From: Octopus bimaculoides
Lineage: Eukaryota
Direction: 5' to 3'
Assembly (NCBI RefSeq): GCF_001194135.2
Contig: NC_069000.1
Coordinates: forward strand, 13,192,268 to 13,253,599
DNA length: 61,332 nucleotides
Part shown: piece after piece, positions 14,370 through 27,800 of the stretch
Numbering within the stretch: position 1 is the stretch's first letter
Layout of the letters: every line of letters starts with the position of its first letter
Made by a program: the position numbers and the translations under genes
The notes under the pieces: model-generated
The model's database searches: none
What the model saw: only the letters and a program-made list of their open reading frames with translations
Told to the model about the DNA's origin: nothing

Positions 14370-14822
14370 CACCCCACACGTAATTATCAAGCGGGGTGCA
14401 GTCTGTCGACTTAGGTGGCCTGATGTTAGGGGTGATCTGGTCGCAGAAATTATCTGACAGTTATGACTGGGTTTTTTTGCTAGTGTGACATGGTGTAGAG
14501 TCCAGTTGCCAGATATAGGGTCTTCTAACCGCCACCCTCTTCAACCAGGTCAGCACTATTTCCTCCGGGCACTTGATGTAGGCCTCCGTGTTGAGTCTGA
14601 GACCGTGTGGGAAGATGAATGGTAGTATAACTTTGAAATCAGTAGATGTCCTCAGATTAACACCCAAACACTCTAAAATGTTTGGATTGGAGCTTCCGGC
14701 GCGAATGCCAAGCAGTACAGCATGTCGTTTCCAAACTTCTGAGAGAGTGAGTTGTGTCATGATGGTGTTTTTATCACAGACAGTGCCCAACTGCCTCTAC
14801 TATACTTTGTAGTTGACAAAAT
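14370..14822 (-). mobile_element. Internally deleted Tc1/mariner (maT/DD37D-like) transposase remnant
   Basis: Translation SEVWKRHAVLLGIRAGSSN…GVNLRT fused to …PFIFPHGLRLNTEAYIK…RPYIWQLDSTPCHTSKKTQS*LSDNF…PKSTDCTPLDNYVWG: degenerate versions of the mariner-type QQDxAPxH and WPPxSPDxNPxD motifs, with a stop. Confidence 0.85.
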
Positions 14823-14929
14823 TAAAAAACAAACAATGTGCATGTGCGAAATTAGAAATATAAAATGGCGGCAATTTACCCATCGCACCTTGTATATACA
14901 TATACGTAAATACATATGTATACATACAT

Positions 14930-15020
<91 letters not shown>

Positions 15021-15231
15021 CACACTCACACACACACATATACTTAAATATACACACGTACATTCATGCATGCATACATACACATTTACATACATACATA
15101 CATACATTCATACTCAACCGATCCCCTGTTCTTCTTCACTCTAATAACCGTGACAAAGCACAAAGCTTGCATGCGTTGCTATAGATACCTTATCAGCTTT
15201 GAATTATTTTGATGTTTCTATATTTTGGCAG

Positions 15232-15491
15232 CAAATCCACCCGCAGTGTTCACGCATGCTCACCAGGGCTATCATCCAATCCAACCCAGTGTTCCAGCAA
15301 TCGGACCAGCTTACACACCACTTACCCGGGAGTCGTACACCCAGTCAGCTAGTCCGTATTCGTCGCAACCTACATCATGTCATCGCTCAGCCACACCTAC
15401 AAGCAGCAAATCAGCCAAATCGAATCGTTCCAACCAAAGTGTTACTTTCAGCCAAGGCACGGAAAAACTCTCGCTTCCCGTTAATGTTTAA
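15232..15491 (+). CDS. Terminal coding exon (Pro/Ser/Tyr-rich cytoplasmic tail, ends …EKLSLPVNV*)
   Basis: Acceptor ttctatattttggcAG| in phase 1, in frame with the TM exon; 86 non-repetitive codons at higher GC than the flanks; TAA at 15489-15491. Confidence 0.75.
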
Positions 15492-15626
15492 GACGAAATT
15501 TTTCCACCATAACACACTCGCACGTTAACGACGTTGTTCTCACAATATATGTATGCATACATAAATACATATACACACACACATACATCTGTATATAAAC
15601 ATAGATACATACATACATACATACAA

Positions 15627-15670
<44 letters not shown>

Positions 15671-16202
15671 NNNNNNNNNNNNNNNNNNNNNNNNNNNNNN
15701 NNNNNNNNNNNNNNNNNNNNNNNNNNNNNNNNNNNNNNNNNNNNNNNNNNNNNNNNNNNNNNNNNNNNNNNNNNNNNNNNNNNNNNNNNNNNNNNNNNNN
15801 NNNNNNNNNNNNNNNNNNNNNNNNNNNNNNNNNNNNNNNNNNNNNNNNNNNNNNNNNNNNNNNNNNNNNNNNNNNNNNNNNNNNNNNNNNNNNNNNNNNN
15901 NNNNNNNNNNNNNNNNNNNNNNNNNNNNNNNNNNNNNNNNNNNNNNNNNNNNNNNNNNNNNNNNNNNNNNNNNNNNNNNNNNNNNNNNNNNNNNNNNNNN
16001 NNNNNNNNNNNNNNNNNNNNNNNNNNNNNNNNNNNNNNNNNNNNNNNNNNNNNNNNNNNNNNNNNNNNNNNNNNNNNNNNNNNNNNNNNNNNNNNNNNNN
16101 NNNNNNNNNNNNNNNNNNNNNNNNNNNNNNNNNNNNNNNNNNNNNNNNNNNNNNNNNNNNNNNNNNNNNNNNNNNNNNNNNNNNNNNNNNNNNNNNNNNN
16201 NN

Positions 16203-16320
16203 GGAAGGATGAAAGGCAAAGTCGGCCTCGGCGGAATTTGAACTCAGAATGTAAAGACAGACGAAATGCCACTGAGCATTTCGCCCGACATCCTAACGAT
16301 TCTGCCAGCAGGCCGTCTTG

Positions 16321-16401
<81 letters not shown>

Positions 16402-16558
16402 TTTCCAAAGTTTGGCACAAAACAAGCAATTTTGAGGGCAGGGAGCAAGTTATTAGATCGACACCAATGCTCAAATGTTGGACATTTCAATGATAGAACT
16501 GCACTACGAAATGCCGCTAAGCATTTTCTCCGACATGGGAACTATTCTGCCAGCCTTT
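16203..16558 (-). mobile_element. Two SINE family B copies (16203-16319 and 16402-16558) separated by (GTA)n(ATA)n
   Basis: Reverse-complement heads (TTCTGCCAGC) and cores. Confidence 0.8.
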
Positions 16559-16709
16559 ATATTAATAGCAACCTTCATAATAATGATAATAACAATATTG
16601 ATAATAATGATTTTCGGAAAGAGACACAATGAGACCTCTGACAACAGGTCACTGTCCGCTCTCGCAGAATCAACCTGAGCATGTAAGACCGAGTGCTCTG
16701 AGAAATAAA

Positions 16710-16754
<45 letters not shown>

Positions 16755-17292
16755 TGACGATGATGAGGATAAATATAACAACAACAATGATAATAATAAT
16801 AGTGTGTTATTTGGTTCTAATCTCATGCACACGAGATCATTATGGAGGCATGATACTTGAATATGCATTGCCGCATTTTTCACGCATTTCTGAAAGAATG
16901 GCCGCATAGTTACATAAGTACCTACACACAAAGGTGCATGGTCCTATACTTCTGCGTATATACCTATTATTACCGTACGTGTGAGTAAGAAGCATACACA
17001 TAGAAGCAATGAAATACATATACACCGACTTCTAGCAAAATATCCATATACATAAAACCCAACGATGCATGCTATAATTGTGCATATGCGACTTGCACTT
17101 TTAGCCTGCTCTGTCGTCTGCATGTAAATTAATATATATATAGAGAGAAAGCATGCATTCTTATAAAATACGTATATGTGCATATGCATGTGTATTTTAA
17201 AATGTCAATGATATATGTATGCATCTATATATGCATATTTCTATATATGTATGTATGCACATATATATTTATAAACACGTATATATAAAACA

Positions 17293-17337
<45 letters not shown>

Positions 17338-18125
17338 NNNNNNNNNNNNNNNNNNNNNNNNNNNNNNNNNNNNNNNNNNNNNNNNNNNNNNNNNNNNNNN
17401 NNNNNNNNNNNNNNNNNNNNNNNNNNNNNNNNNNNNNNNNNNNNNNNNNNNNNNNNNNNNNNNNNNNNNNNNNNNNNNNNNNNNNNNNNNNNNNNNNNNN
17501 NNNNNNNNNNNNNNNNNNNNNNNNNNNNNNNNNNNNNNNNNNNNNNNNNNNNNNNNNNNNNNNNNNNNNNNNNNNNNNNNNNNNNNNNNNNNNNNNNNNN
17601 NNNNNNNNNNNNNNNNNNNNNNNNNNNNNNNNNNNNNNNNNNNNNNNNNNNNNNNNNNNNNNNNNNNNNNNNNNNNNNNNNNNNNNNNNNNNNNNNNNNN
17701 NNNNNNNNNNNNNNNNNNNNNNNNNNNNNNNNNNNNNNNNNNNNNNNNNNNNNNNNNNNNNNNNNNNNNNNNNNNNNNNNNNNNNNNNNNNNNNNNNNNN
17801 NNNNNNNNNNNNNNNNNNNNNNNNNNNNNNNNNNNNNNNNNNNNNNNNNNNNNNNNNNNNNNNNNNNNNNNNNNNNNNNNNNNNNNNNNNNNNNNNNNNN
17901 NNNNNNNNNNNNNNNNNNNNNNNNNNNNNNNNNNNNNNNNNNNNNNNNNNNNNNNNNNNNNNNNNNNNNNNNNNNNNNNNNNNNNNNNATATGTATATGT
18001 GTGTGTGTGCTATTAAGAAACTAGAGCAAACATATTCTATTCTATAGTATAATAATTTATACTAGTCTCCATGACCACAAGGTCATCAGACAGGTGAAGT
18101 TATTATTATTATTATTATTATTATT

Positions 18126-18175
<50 letters not shown>

Positions 18176-18197
18176 AATTATCATCATAATTATTATT

Positions 18198-18368
18198 GAG
18201 ACGGTGATGTGGCAGAGCTGTTAATGTGCCACACAAAATTCTTTTTTGTCGTTTCAAGTTCGAATCCCACCGAGTTCAATTTTGGCTTTCATCCTAAAAT
18301 AGCTGTAATCTGCCATTAAACTCCCCCACCTAAAATTACTGGTTATGTACCAAAATTTTAAGCAATTA
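18198..18368 (+). mobile_element. SINE family B, degenerate
   Basis: Head remnant, AAGTTCGAATCCCACCGAG and TTTGGCTTTCATCC. Confidence 0.65.
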
Positions 18369-18477
18369 AAAGTGATTATCAACAGCACGCACACGCACCC
18401 CCATCTTTATATATATATGTATATATAGTTTGTAGAAATAAATAAGCACACTCTAAGATGTGGAGCTTTTAATATTA

Positions 18478-19128
18478 TAATGGGGTAAGCCAGTTTATTG
18501 GGTTACCCTGGGTTGCTTGCTTATAAGGGATTTAGCCTTACGACGTGTCTTCAGACCTCACACGCCGCTGGTCTGAAACCTTTAGGATATGGCGGAGGAA
18601 AAGGCTCGCTTTAAAGGTTGATTATCTCCTAGTTGATTATCTCCCTTTATCATTGTCCATCGATCTTAGGCCGTGCCGCCATCTTGCAGTCACCCAAGCG
18701 CCACGAAGATAAAGTGTAGTCTCCCTTCGGCCGTGACTTTTGCTGCACTGCGGATTCCAAAAGGCCAGCAGGAATTTTCTAAAATGCAAGCATAGCCCGA
18801 AAATCTCCATCCCGGAGCTCAGAATGCCCCCTGGCATGAGCGAGTCTTTAAGGATCCTCGTGCTTTCGGCAATGCATACTTTGCATCGTTTCGTCCCGTT
18901 GATGTAGAGGCTTGGGTTCTTGACTATATTCCATGCGATCGAGTATTGAACCTCTTCTGCCGAAGATCGATGGACAATGGCAAAGGGAAATAATAATAAT
19001 CACCTAGGGTTTTACCTTTAAAACGAGGTTTTTCCCAAGCTGTGTTTGGTGCCTGAAGATACGCCGTAAGGCTAAACCCCTTATGAGCGAGAAACCCAGA
19101 GTAACCCCATAACCGGCCTACCACACTA
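18478..19128. mobile_element. About 650-bp non-autonomous DNA element with long (about 170-190 bp) diverged terminal inverted repeats
   Basis: 18478-18667 is the reverse complement of 18963-19128 (e.g. TTAGCCTTACG/CGTAAGGCTAA, CATTGTCCATCGATCTT/AAGATCGATGGACAATG), with indels; flanked by TA; GC-rich non-coding interior. Confidence 0.75.
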
Positions 19129-19510
19129 TAATATATACATACATATGTATGTATATATGTATTTTAGTGTTGTAAGAAAGGTGAACAGAAGACGAAAAAA
19201 ATTTATTTAAAACTGAATTATTTTTCTAACAACCTGCGTTTCACGTCACTATGATAATCCGACGAAGAAGGTCGTTCGTACTTTGTTCTGGTTTTGCCTA
19301 CGATGGATTACAATCCTCCATTTGTGCATCCCGCTGCTGAATGGTTGAATAAATACGGTCAGAATATATCAGCTTGATAATCGCACTGAAGTGAAAATGA
19401 AGTAACTTATATACGTGTAAACGTACATATTAACACATGCATTATGCCCAAACTCACACACAAATATATACTCACATTCAGACACATGGATATATATTTA
19501 TTTACATATA

Positions 19511-19677
19511 GACGCAGGCGTGGTTGTTTGGTTAGTAGCTTACATCCCAACCACACGGTCCGAGTTCACTCGCACTGCATGGCACCTTAGGCAAGTGTCT
19601 TCTACTATAGCCTCTGGCCGACCAAAGCTTTATGAGTGGATTTGGTAGCCGGAAACTAAAAGAAGTCTGTGGTATTT
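19511..19677 (+). mobile_element. SINE family A, 5' half, followed by long (TG)n
   Basis: Head and CCTTAGGCAAGTGTCTTCTACTATAGCC segment. Confidence 0.8.
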
Positions 19678-19688
19678 GTGTATATATA

Positions 19689-19772
<84 letters not shown>

Positions 19773-20726
19773 TATGTGTGGTTCGTGTGTTTGTGTGTGT
19801 GTGTGTGATTGTGTAAAGCTAGGTATGCTGTTAACCAAAGAATTGATGATAATAATATTAATAATAATGATAATAATAACCACATCAACATTAACAATAC
19901 TACTAATAATAATAAGAAGAAGAATGTCTTAAGTTGACACGATGTAAAATTTTGGTGGGGCACAGTTATTGTAATTTCTAATTACAATTAGTACTTTACC
20001 AGGCCCGGTGAAATTTTGAATACAGAACGCTAAGGGTCATAACTAAGAAAACAACAGAGGATAAGTATAGATATCTATCACTCGTACCCCGTGTCATCAA
20101 AAATGGCAAATGTTTTATCAATTATTGAAAATTAAGAGGGGTGCATTCGTTTCAGATGATGAGTTAAACCATTAATTAATATATATGCGCTAAAATTTTA
20201 TTTAAGATTTCTCGACCGCCCCTTAATTGTGACAGAAAACAAATCAAAAAGCATGAGAGAAAAAAATACACAAATATATTACCTGTTACGAATTATTTTA
20301 TTTATTCAATAGAAAAGTTTTCAGGTGACTGCCATTTGTGTAAAAAGAAATATTCGTTAGTTCATAGAATCGTGATAGAAATACCATGTCAAAGAACGTA
20401 TAAGGTTGTTTGTATGTGAGAGTGTATGTATTTAGCTCTTATTTCTAGCAGTGTAGGTGTTCTAACACCCTCAGTTGTATTTAATGAGATTTATTGTTTT
20501 GCTTTTTGATGAAACTCTGCTAACTAGCTGCCTCATTTAATTATATATATATATATGTATATATATACAAACACATACAGCGAGCCATAGCTTGATCGAT
20601 CGATAGAGAGATAGACAGAGAGATAGATAGATAGACATACACACGAACATGTATATGTGTGTGTGTCGATGTATATAAATGTATATGTATATATATATAG
20701 ATATAGATATATATATATATATATAT

Positions 20727-20763
<37 letters not shown>

Positions 20764-21709
20764 GCATATATAGACATATATATGCATACAGATACAAATG
20801 TATATATTCATATCAATATATATATATGCATATATATATATATACATAAGTGAGATATATATACATATATATATATATCGGGGAGAAGGTGCAAAGATGA
20901 TTTCTGAGTGATTGCAGATATTTATATGGACGTTTGCATGTATATATAAGAAAGTATACGACTTTATAACGATACAAGAATTTTAAGAATAAACTACATT
21001 TGTAAAACTTTCTGGAATCATTCATTCATTGAGATGAAATCTACTCTTTCTAACTCATTTTGCCCCGCTAAACGAATTTACGTGTGTGCTTACGCACACG
21101 TATATTTGTTTGTATGTTTGACGGGGTTTAACATACAGCATCTATCTTTTGACTGCAAATATGTTAGTCTGTAGTCTTTTTTTTTCGTCGCATGTGGTTA
21201 TGACTATAAAGTTACTCACGCTTGTTTCGCTTGGGAATGAAAACAAGCTAGCAATTAGATGAAGTGTTGAAAAGCAGATCTGGTTTCTGATCTCCAGATA
21301 TACCACATATGAGATAGTTTCCGACAGTAGACTACAGCCGTCTCCACCTCCTGGAGAGTTCCTATTTTGCATACGATCTAATGAACAAACCACCGAAGTA
21401 GCACAGCTTAACAAGGTACCCACACCCAAACCTTCCACGAAAGGATGTGAATTTTCTTTAGTATTATACATACAACTAACCATGTTCGACTGAAATTTCT
21501 GAAAATTAAAGAGACTAAATGAAAGGAGTCCAATTTCATTGTACGCTTCAAGCTTAAAAATAACTCCGTTATTTTCTTTGTTTCTCCTGAGAGTTTAAAA
21601 TATATACATACACATGCACATGCGTATATACATGTATATCCATATACATACATGTATATGTGTGTGTGTATGCACATACATATGCAAATGCATATATACG
21701 TTTGTATAT

Positions 21710-21744
<35 letters not shown>

Positions 21745-22584
21745 NNNNNNNNNNNNNNNNNNNNNNNNNNNNNNNNNNNNNNNNNNNNNNNNNNNNNNNN
21801 NNNNNNNNNNNNNNNNNNNNNNNNNNNNNNNNNNNNNNNNNNNNNNNNNNNNNNNNNNNNNNNNNNNNNNNNNNNNNNNNNNNNNNNNNNNNNNNNNNNN
21901 NNNNNNNNNNNNNNNNNNNNNNNNNNNNNNNNNNNNNATATATATATATATATATACATACACTACGCCAACGATAGCAAGAGGAGCGTGCTCAGCACAT
22001 TTGGTAAGAGTTACATATATTATCTAGTAATAGTTTGACACAGCTCCAGTTTCGTAGGCTCGTCAGACGAACCGATCTCGTCAGGCTTGTAGACACAGAA
22101 TAGATAAACTTATTTAATCATTTTCTCTTGTGTTTTCAATTCACAACTACTATAAGCCGATGCATAAAATTTTAAAAATCATAAAATAACTTACTCATTT
22201 GTTAACCGATATATATAATACTTCTTATAAATGTTCAACTTTGTGTCTTTATTACAACTGTCTGTGGATGATAAAATACAAACCCCGGCTTGTTCTTTAC
22301 ATACACTCAGAGTAGGAAACTAGCCGAGTTTAACTTCGCTTTTTATCCATGCAGTGTAACTAAAATAAAGCTCCAGCTTTATATTGGGAGTCCATTGCAA
22401 CGACGGTCCCCTTCGTCTCAGTACTGGTGACCTTGAACGAAATCAAAATTAATTATTTCGATTATAAATTTCCAAATTATCAGAGTTGTTTTGAAATATA
22501 GAAAAAAATGCTTACTCGACTATGAAGTTCTTTGTTAAGGATCCATGTAACTGAGAGCTTCCATTGTCTCTCAGCTAATTCAAG

Positions 22585-22940
22585 AGTCTACTACTACTCT
22601 TAATACCACCACTACTACTACTAATACTATTACTACCACCACCACCACTACAAATACTCTTACTCCCACCACCACCACCACTACTACTCTTAATACCACT
22701 ACCACTACTAATACTATTACTACCACCAACACAACTACTACTACTACTGCTACTATTACGACTACTACTACGACTAATACTGTATTCGGGATGTCTGATC
22801 CATACCGCAGTTTATTAATTAGTGTCTTCTCCAAATGTTTTCCAATGGTAATCAACAACCTTCTCCACCACCACGTTCTCATGATCATCCTCAACATTAT
22901 CACCATCATTGTCATCATCATCGTCATCATCATCATCATC

Positions 22941-22971
<31 letters not shown>

Positions 22972-23010
22972 TCATCATCATTATTATCGTCGTCGTCGTT
23001 GTCAACAACA
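22585..23010. repeat. (CTA/CCA)n followed by (CAT)n compound trinucleotide tract
   Basis: Direct reading. Confidence 0.9.
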
Positions 23011-23068
23011 TCATTATCCACACTTGATAAAATGCTTAACGAAATGTTATTTTCTTTTCCCTTTTTTT

Positions 23069-23215
23069 TACGTTCTGCGTTCAAGTTCCGCCGAGATCGA
23101 CTTCACTTTTCAAGGTTTCGTGGTCAATCAAATAAGTACCCACTGAGCATTGCAATCGATGTTATTGACTAGATCCACCCAACAAAATTTCGGGCATATT
23201 GTATAAAAGGTTAAT
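23069..23215 (+). mobile_element. SINE family B, head-truncated
   Basis: ACGTTCTGCGTTCAAGTTCCGCCGAG segment. Confidence 0.65.
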
Positions 23216-23418
23216 CACTTAAGAACAACAACAATATACATATACCTCTACACACCAAACTCATACACGCACACACATCTATACATATAGAAATAGTGAT
23301 CCAGATACACACGACAAGGTTTGATATATATAAATATACATACATATATACAAATAGCTATATATATAGGGATATATGAATATACATACATATATACAAA
23401 CATATATANNNNNNNNNN

Positions 23419-23553
23419 ATGATGATGATGATGATGATGATGATGGTCGTCGTCGTCGTCGTGGCCGTGGTGGTGGTGACGAGGGTGGGGGTGAAGCAAA
23501 TGAGGATGATGAAATTATAATGATTATGATTATCACGGCGGCAGCGGCGCCGG

Positions 23554-23626
<73 letters not shown>

Positions 23627-23680
23627 GATGATGAGGATGATGATGATGATGGTGATGATGGTGGTGGTGGTGGTGGTATG
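23419..23680. repeat. (GAT/GGT)n trinucleotide tract
   Basis: Direct reading. Confidence 0.9.
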
Positions 23681-23769
23681 TCGGAACAGCAAATAGCGCG
23701 AAGAAGTCGTGATGGATTAATCAAATCCAACATTATCCATTTTTTGTCTCTTTATTCGCTTTAAAGGGT

Positions 23770-23930
23770 TTAATCGAGGAAATTGACCCCAGAACTTACT
23801 GTTTTAAGTTTGGTACTTATTCTATTATTCTTTTATGCCGAACCGCTAAGTTACGGAGACGTAAACAAACAAACACCGATGTTCAATCAGTGAGGCAAGG
23901 GACAAACGCAGACACGAACACACACACACA
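23770..23930 (-). mobile_element. SINE family A, 3' half
   Basis: GCCGAACCGCTAAGTTACGG segment shared with the other copies. Confidence 0.7.
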
Positions 23931-24287
23931 CAAAAGCTAAATATATGCAGAAGCATAAAAAATACGTACAATAATATAGATATTTATATATATGGACAAA
24001 AAAATTAATTTTACATGAAAATGAAAGAAAGAATGACTACAGAAAACTAAGGTGGGAATGAATAGGTTTTTAACTCGACAGTTGTTTCTAGAAGCTCAGA
24101 ATTACGTGTTAATTGTAATGTCCATATTTAGCAGATGAAATATCCAGAAAGTACGAAATATGCAACCAATAGATGATCGCATAGCAGCATTACCGTAAGG
24201 TCGACTTCTGTTTTCAGAGGGAAAAATTGGCAAATACCTATACATATGTGTGTGTGTGTGTGTGCGTGTATACTTGTGAATGTGGGC

Positions 24288-24323
<36 letters not shown>

Positions 24324-24803
24324 ATACATGTAGTATCCATTTGTATGCTTGTGTGACGGTATAACAATAGGTTATTAAGGCTATGGCAATCACAACCGGA
24401 TATTAAAGTGGCTCCTACAGAGTTGCCACCCTTGGCTTGCCATTTCCAGTTGTAGTCAACTAGTTTTTATACACCTCTCACTTAAGCACGGCATCATCAG
24501 TGGACGGCAAAAGAATCTAGAGTGTTATTGGCATGTTCACTGCTGTATGTCTATCTCATTCGTTACATTTTCTAACCCATAATGTAACACTCAAAATATG
24601 TAAGTTTAACACATACAGTGTGCATTCATGTACGTGTAGGAATATGTACACCTGGAGCTTATATACATATAGATATGTATGTATATATGTAAGCATACAT
24701 AAATATATACCTGTAGGAGGTATGTACTGTTGCAGCTTTACATATATATATATATGTAGAGAGAGAGAGAGTGGGTGGTAGGTAGATAGATAGGTAGACA
24801 AAT

Positions 24804-24871
<68 letters not shown>

Positions 24872-27800
24872 GCATATGAATGCATGCATATAAATATGTA
24901 TAAATGCACATTATATTATACACACACATATATATATATGTATATATATACTACTTAAGTGAATATATATGCACGCGCGCATAAATACACTCACATACAC
25001 ACAAACACGCATAAACACACACTCACACACACAAACACATACACAGATGTATGCATGTATGTTTACATACACATTTTATTGTTCGCTTTTATTTATCGTT
25101 TTGTTTTTGTACATTTTCTACACTTTATATTACCGACTTTTCACATTGCCACAAGGCTGCATTCATTCGTAAGGGTAAGGCATAATGGAGTCTATATTAC
25201 GTAACATTTGTTAGGTGTGTAATGTAGTGGAGAGTGTATTATATAACAATAAAAGTTAATGGTTTCTTTAAAAACATTCATTTCAATAGACAGCTCGGTG
25301 AATGCTGAAACGATAACTTTGTTCCTAAGCACAGATGGATACTTTCACGTGTATATGTGTGTGTGTGTGTGTGTCTGTGAACGTGTGTTTGAGTGTTTCT
25401 TTCCTATGTTCAGCTATGTATACGTATACACATTTCCCTGCTCACAGACGTACATATACATATGTGTGTGTGTATATAAGAGAATGTATGTATATACATG
25501 TTCATACATATATTTCTGTGTGTATGTATATATAAATGGACGTGTATACTTATATATAAACATGTATATTCATTCGTATGCATAATGCACACACACGGAC
25601 ACACGCACACACACATGCACATACGCATATATATATGCATATAAATTAGAGAGCATGTAGGAACACATAAATATATATTTATATATTTATATGTGCATAT
25701 ATACATTGATATATNNNNNNNNNNNNNNNNNNNNNNNNNNNNNNNNNNNNNNNNNNNNNNNNNNNNNNNNNNNNNNNNNNNNNNNNNNNNNNNNNNNNNN
25801 NNNNNNNNNNNNNNNNNNNNNNNNNNNNNNNNNNNNNNNNNNNNNNNNNNNNNNNNNNNNNNNNNNNNNNNNNNNNNNNNNNNNNNNNNNNNNNNNNNNN
25901 NNNNNATATGTATGAATATATATGAGTATGTATATACATACATATACATACGTATGTGTATATATGTGTGTATATATATAAATATATAATTATATATATG
26001 TATACACACACACACAAACATATTATAATTAGCACATTTAATTTCTAAAGGTAAGGATTACTTGAATTCACTGTCAACTACCGAAACAGACTACAATAGG
26101 GAAGTTAGCAATTTTTTTTCCCCTAAATATGTAGGCCCACTTCCTTGTCATAGATCGTTTTTCAACCTTTATATAGTGATATTGTTGCATCTTGTTAATT
26201 ATATGTCTATAATTAAAAATGCTTTCATTTTCGGTTTTACCTTTCACTACACCCACTATACTCTAACCTGCCTCCCACTGCTATGTTTCAGAAGACTACC
26301 ATGTGCACGACAATCGACAAATATAACATTTAATGGTACCATTCATATGTTGGAACTATTCAGTAGAAGACATTTAGCTAAAGGTTAAAATATGTGGAGT
26401 GGGATAAATTGAAAGATCGTAAGACGGAATATGGACCTATTATATAATGCCTTGACTTATAAAAAAAATTAAAACAAGAAAAAAGCAATTTGCAAGAATA
26501 AAATCTGTACTGTATGCACTGCATTACTTTATTTAGCTTTGACCCTAGAAACATATATTTACAATATGCTCACACTCCTGACAAATACCCATTCATAAAG
26601 TCAACATAGATAAGCAGTCACATTTTCATTATAACGATTACTACATGATATGATTTTTTTTTTTAATAAGCACGAACAACACCGTTCATATTTCAGTAAC
26701 TGTTGAGTTGGTCTGTTGTCTGAACCTATACTGCCACAATTTTAGTATCATTGCTCTTGAACAAATTAAATATACAAATTAAAAACAAACAAAAAGAGTG
26801 ACCGGATGGCTGTGGTAAAATAAATATTGTATTGCATAAATCTTAAACAATTCAAATTTTAAAAAAAGATGCGAGGCTGAAAATTTAAAATGTATGAGAA
26901 GTTGTTATATTGTTCAACTTGATTATTTTGTTTTTCGTTTTGTTAGTTACACTCAGCAACCCTCTTAAGTGAATTCCACATACAGAAGTAGAATCACCAT
27001 TGTGCCATCCTAGCTTGGAATTCCTCCTATAACTGATGAAGATTATATATTTATTATCTTTTTTAAAGAAATTGCTTCATAATTATTCTTGTATCTGATT
27101 ATCTCTTTGTCAGTAGATTTTTATGAGAACATTTTCAATGAAATTGTTTGCAGTAATCTGTTTTTTGGCAATGCCAAGAAGTTCTGCTTGTTTTGTTTCC
27201 CTTTTAAACAATACATCAAAAATTTTTCAATGAGAAAACGTTAACCTATCCCCACCGATCTTATACTAATTGTGGCTAATAGTGATCTGAAAACTATTTC
27301 CCAAGTATTAAAAAGCAATATCGATTAAGGCAAAAAGGCACAGTGCTAACTCTAACCTTCTGGTTAAAATGTATTCAGATATGACTGATATTCCAGCTCG
27401 TAAGGTGGCGCTGTAAACAGTACAAAATACCGTTCACTTAACTTTTGATGTGTACTGGTGATATCAGCTTCGTGATTAAGGAAAAGCAGAGAAAATTCAA
27501 ATAAGTAGCTATGACGAAATCAGTCGAAAAGAATGAAAAGAGCAGCCGGTATTGCTTAATCTATAAACGTCTATCAAAGAGATCATCTGAAATTGTAGAC
27601 TTAATCAGATAAGATATGAAAGAAATATTTTTAAAGTAATCTTATCAATCGTAGATTGAGCTGTTCTACAGAAAAGTTGACCGACTGAGCATCATTACGA
27701 TACTATAATTTGTAGCTGAAAAGCGATGACTTGTACCGTGGGTCATTACATCACAATGAAAATGGAACAGTAGGAACCCTGCTGAGGCATAAAGCAAAAC

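Noticed and set aside
16620-16700. Strong - strand acceptor before a possible terminal exon
   Set aside because: Flanked by trinucleotide tracts and runs into a SINE; the segment resembles an interspersed repeat.
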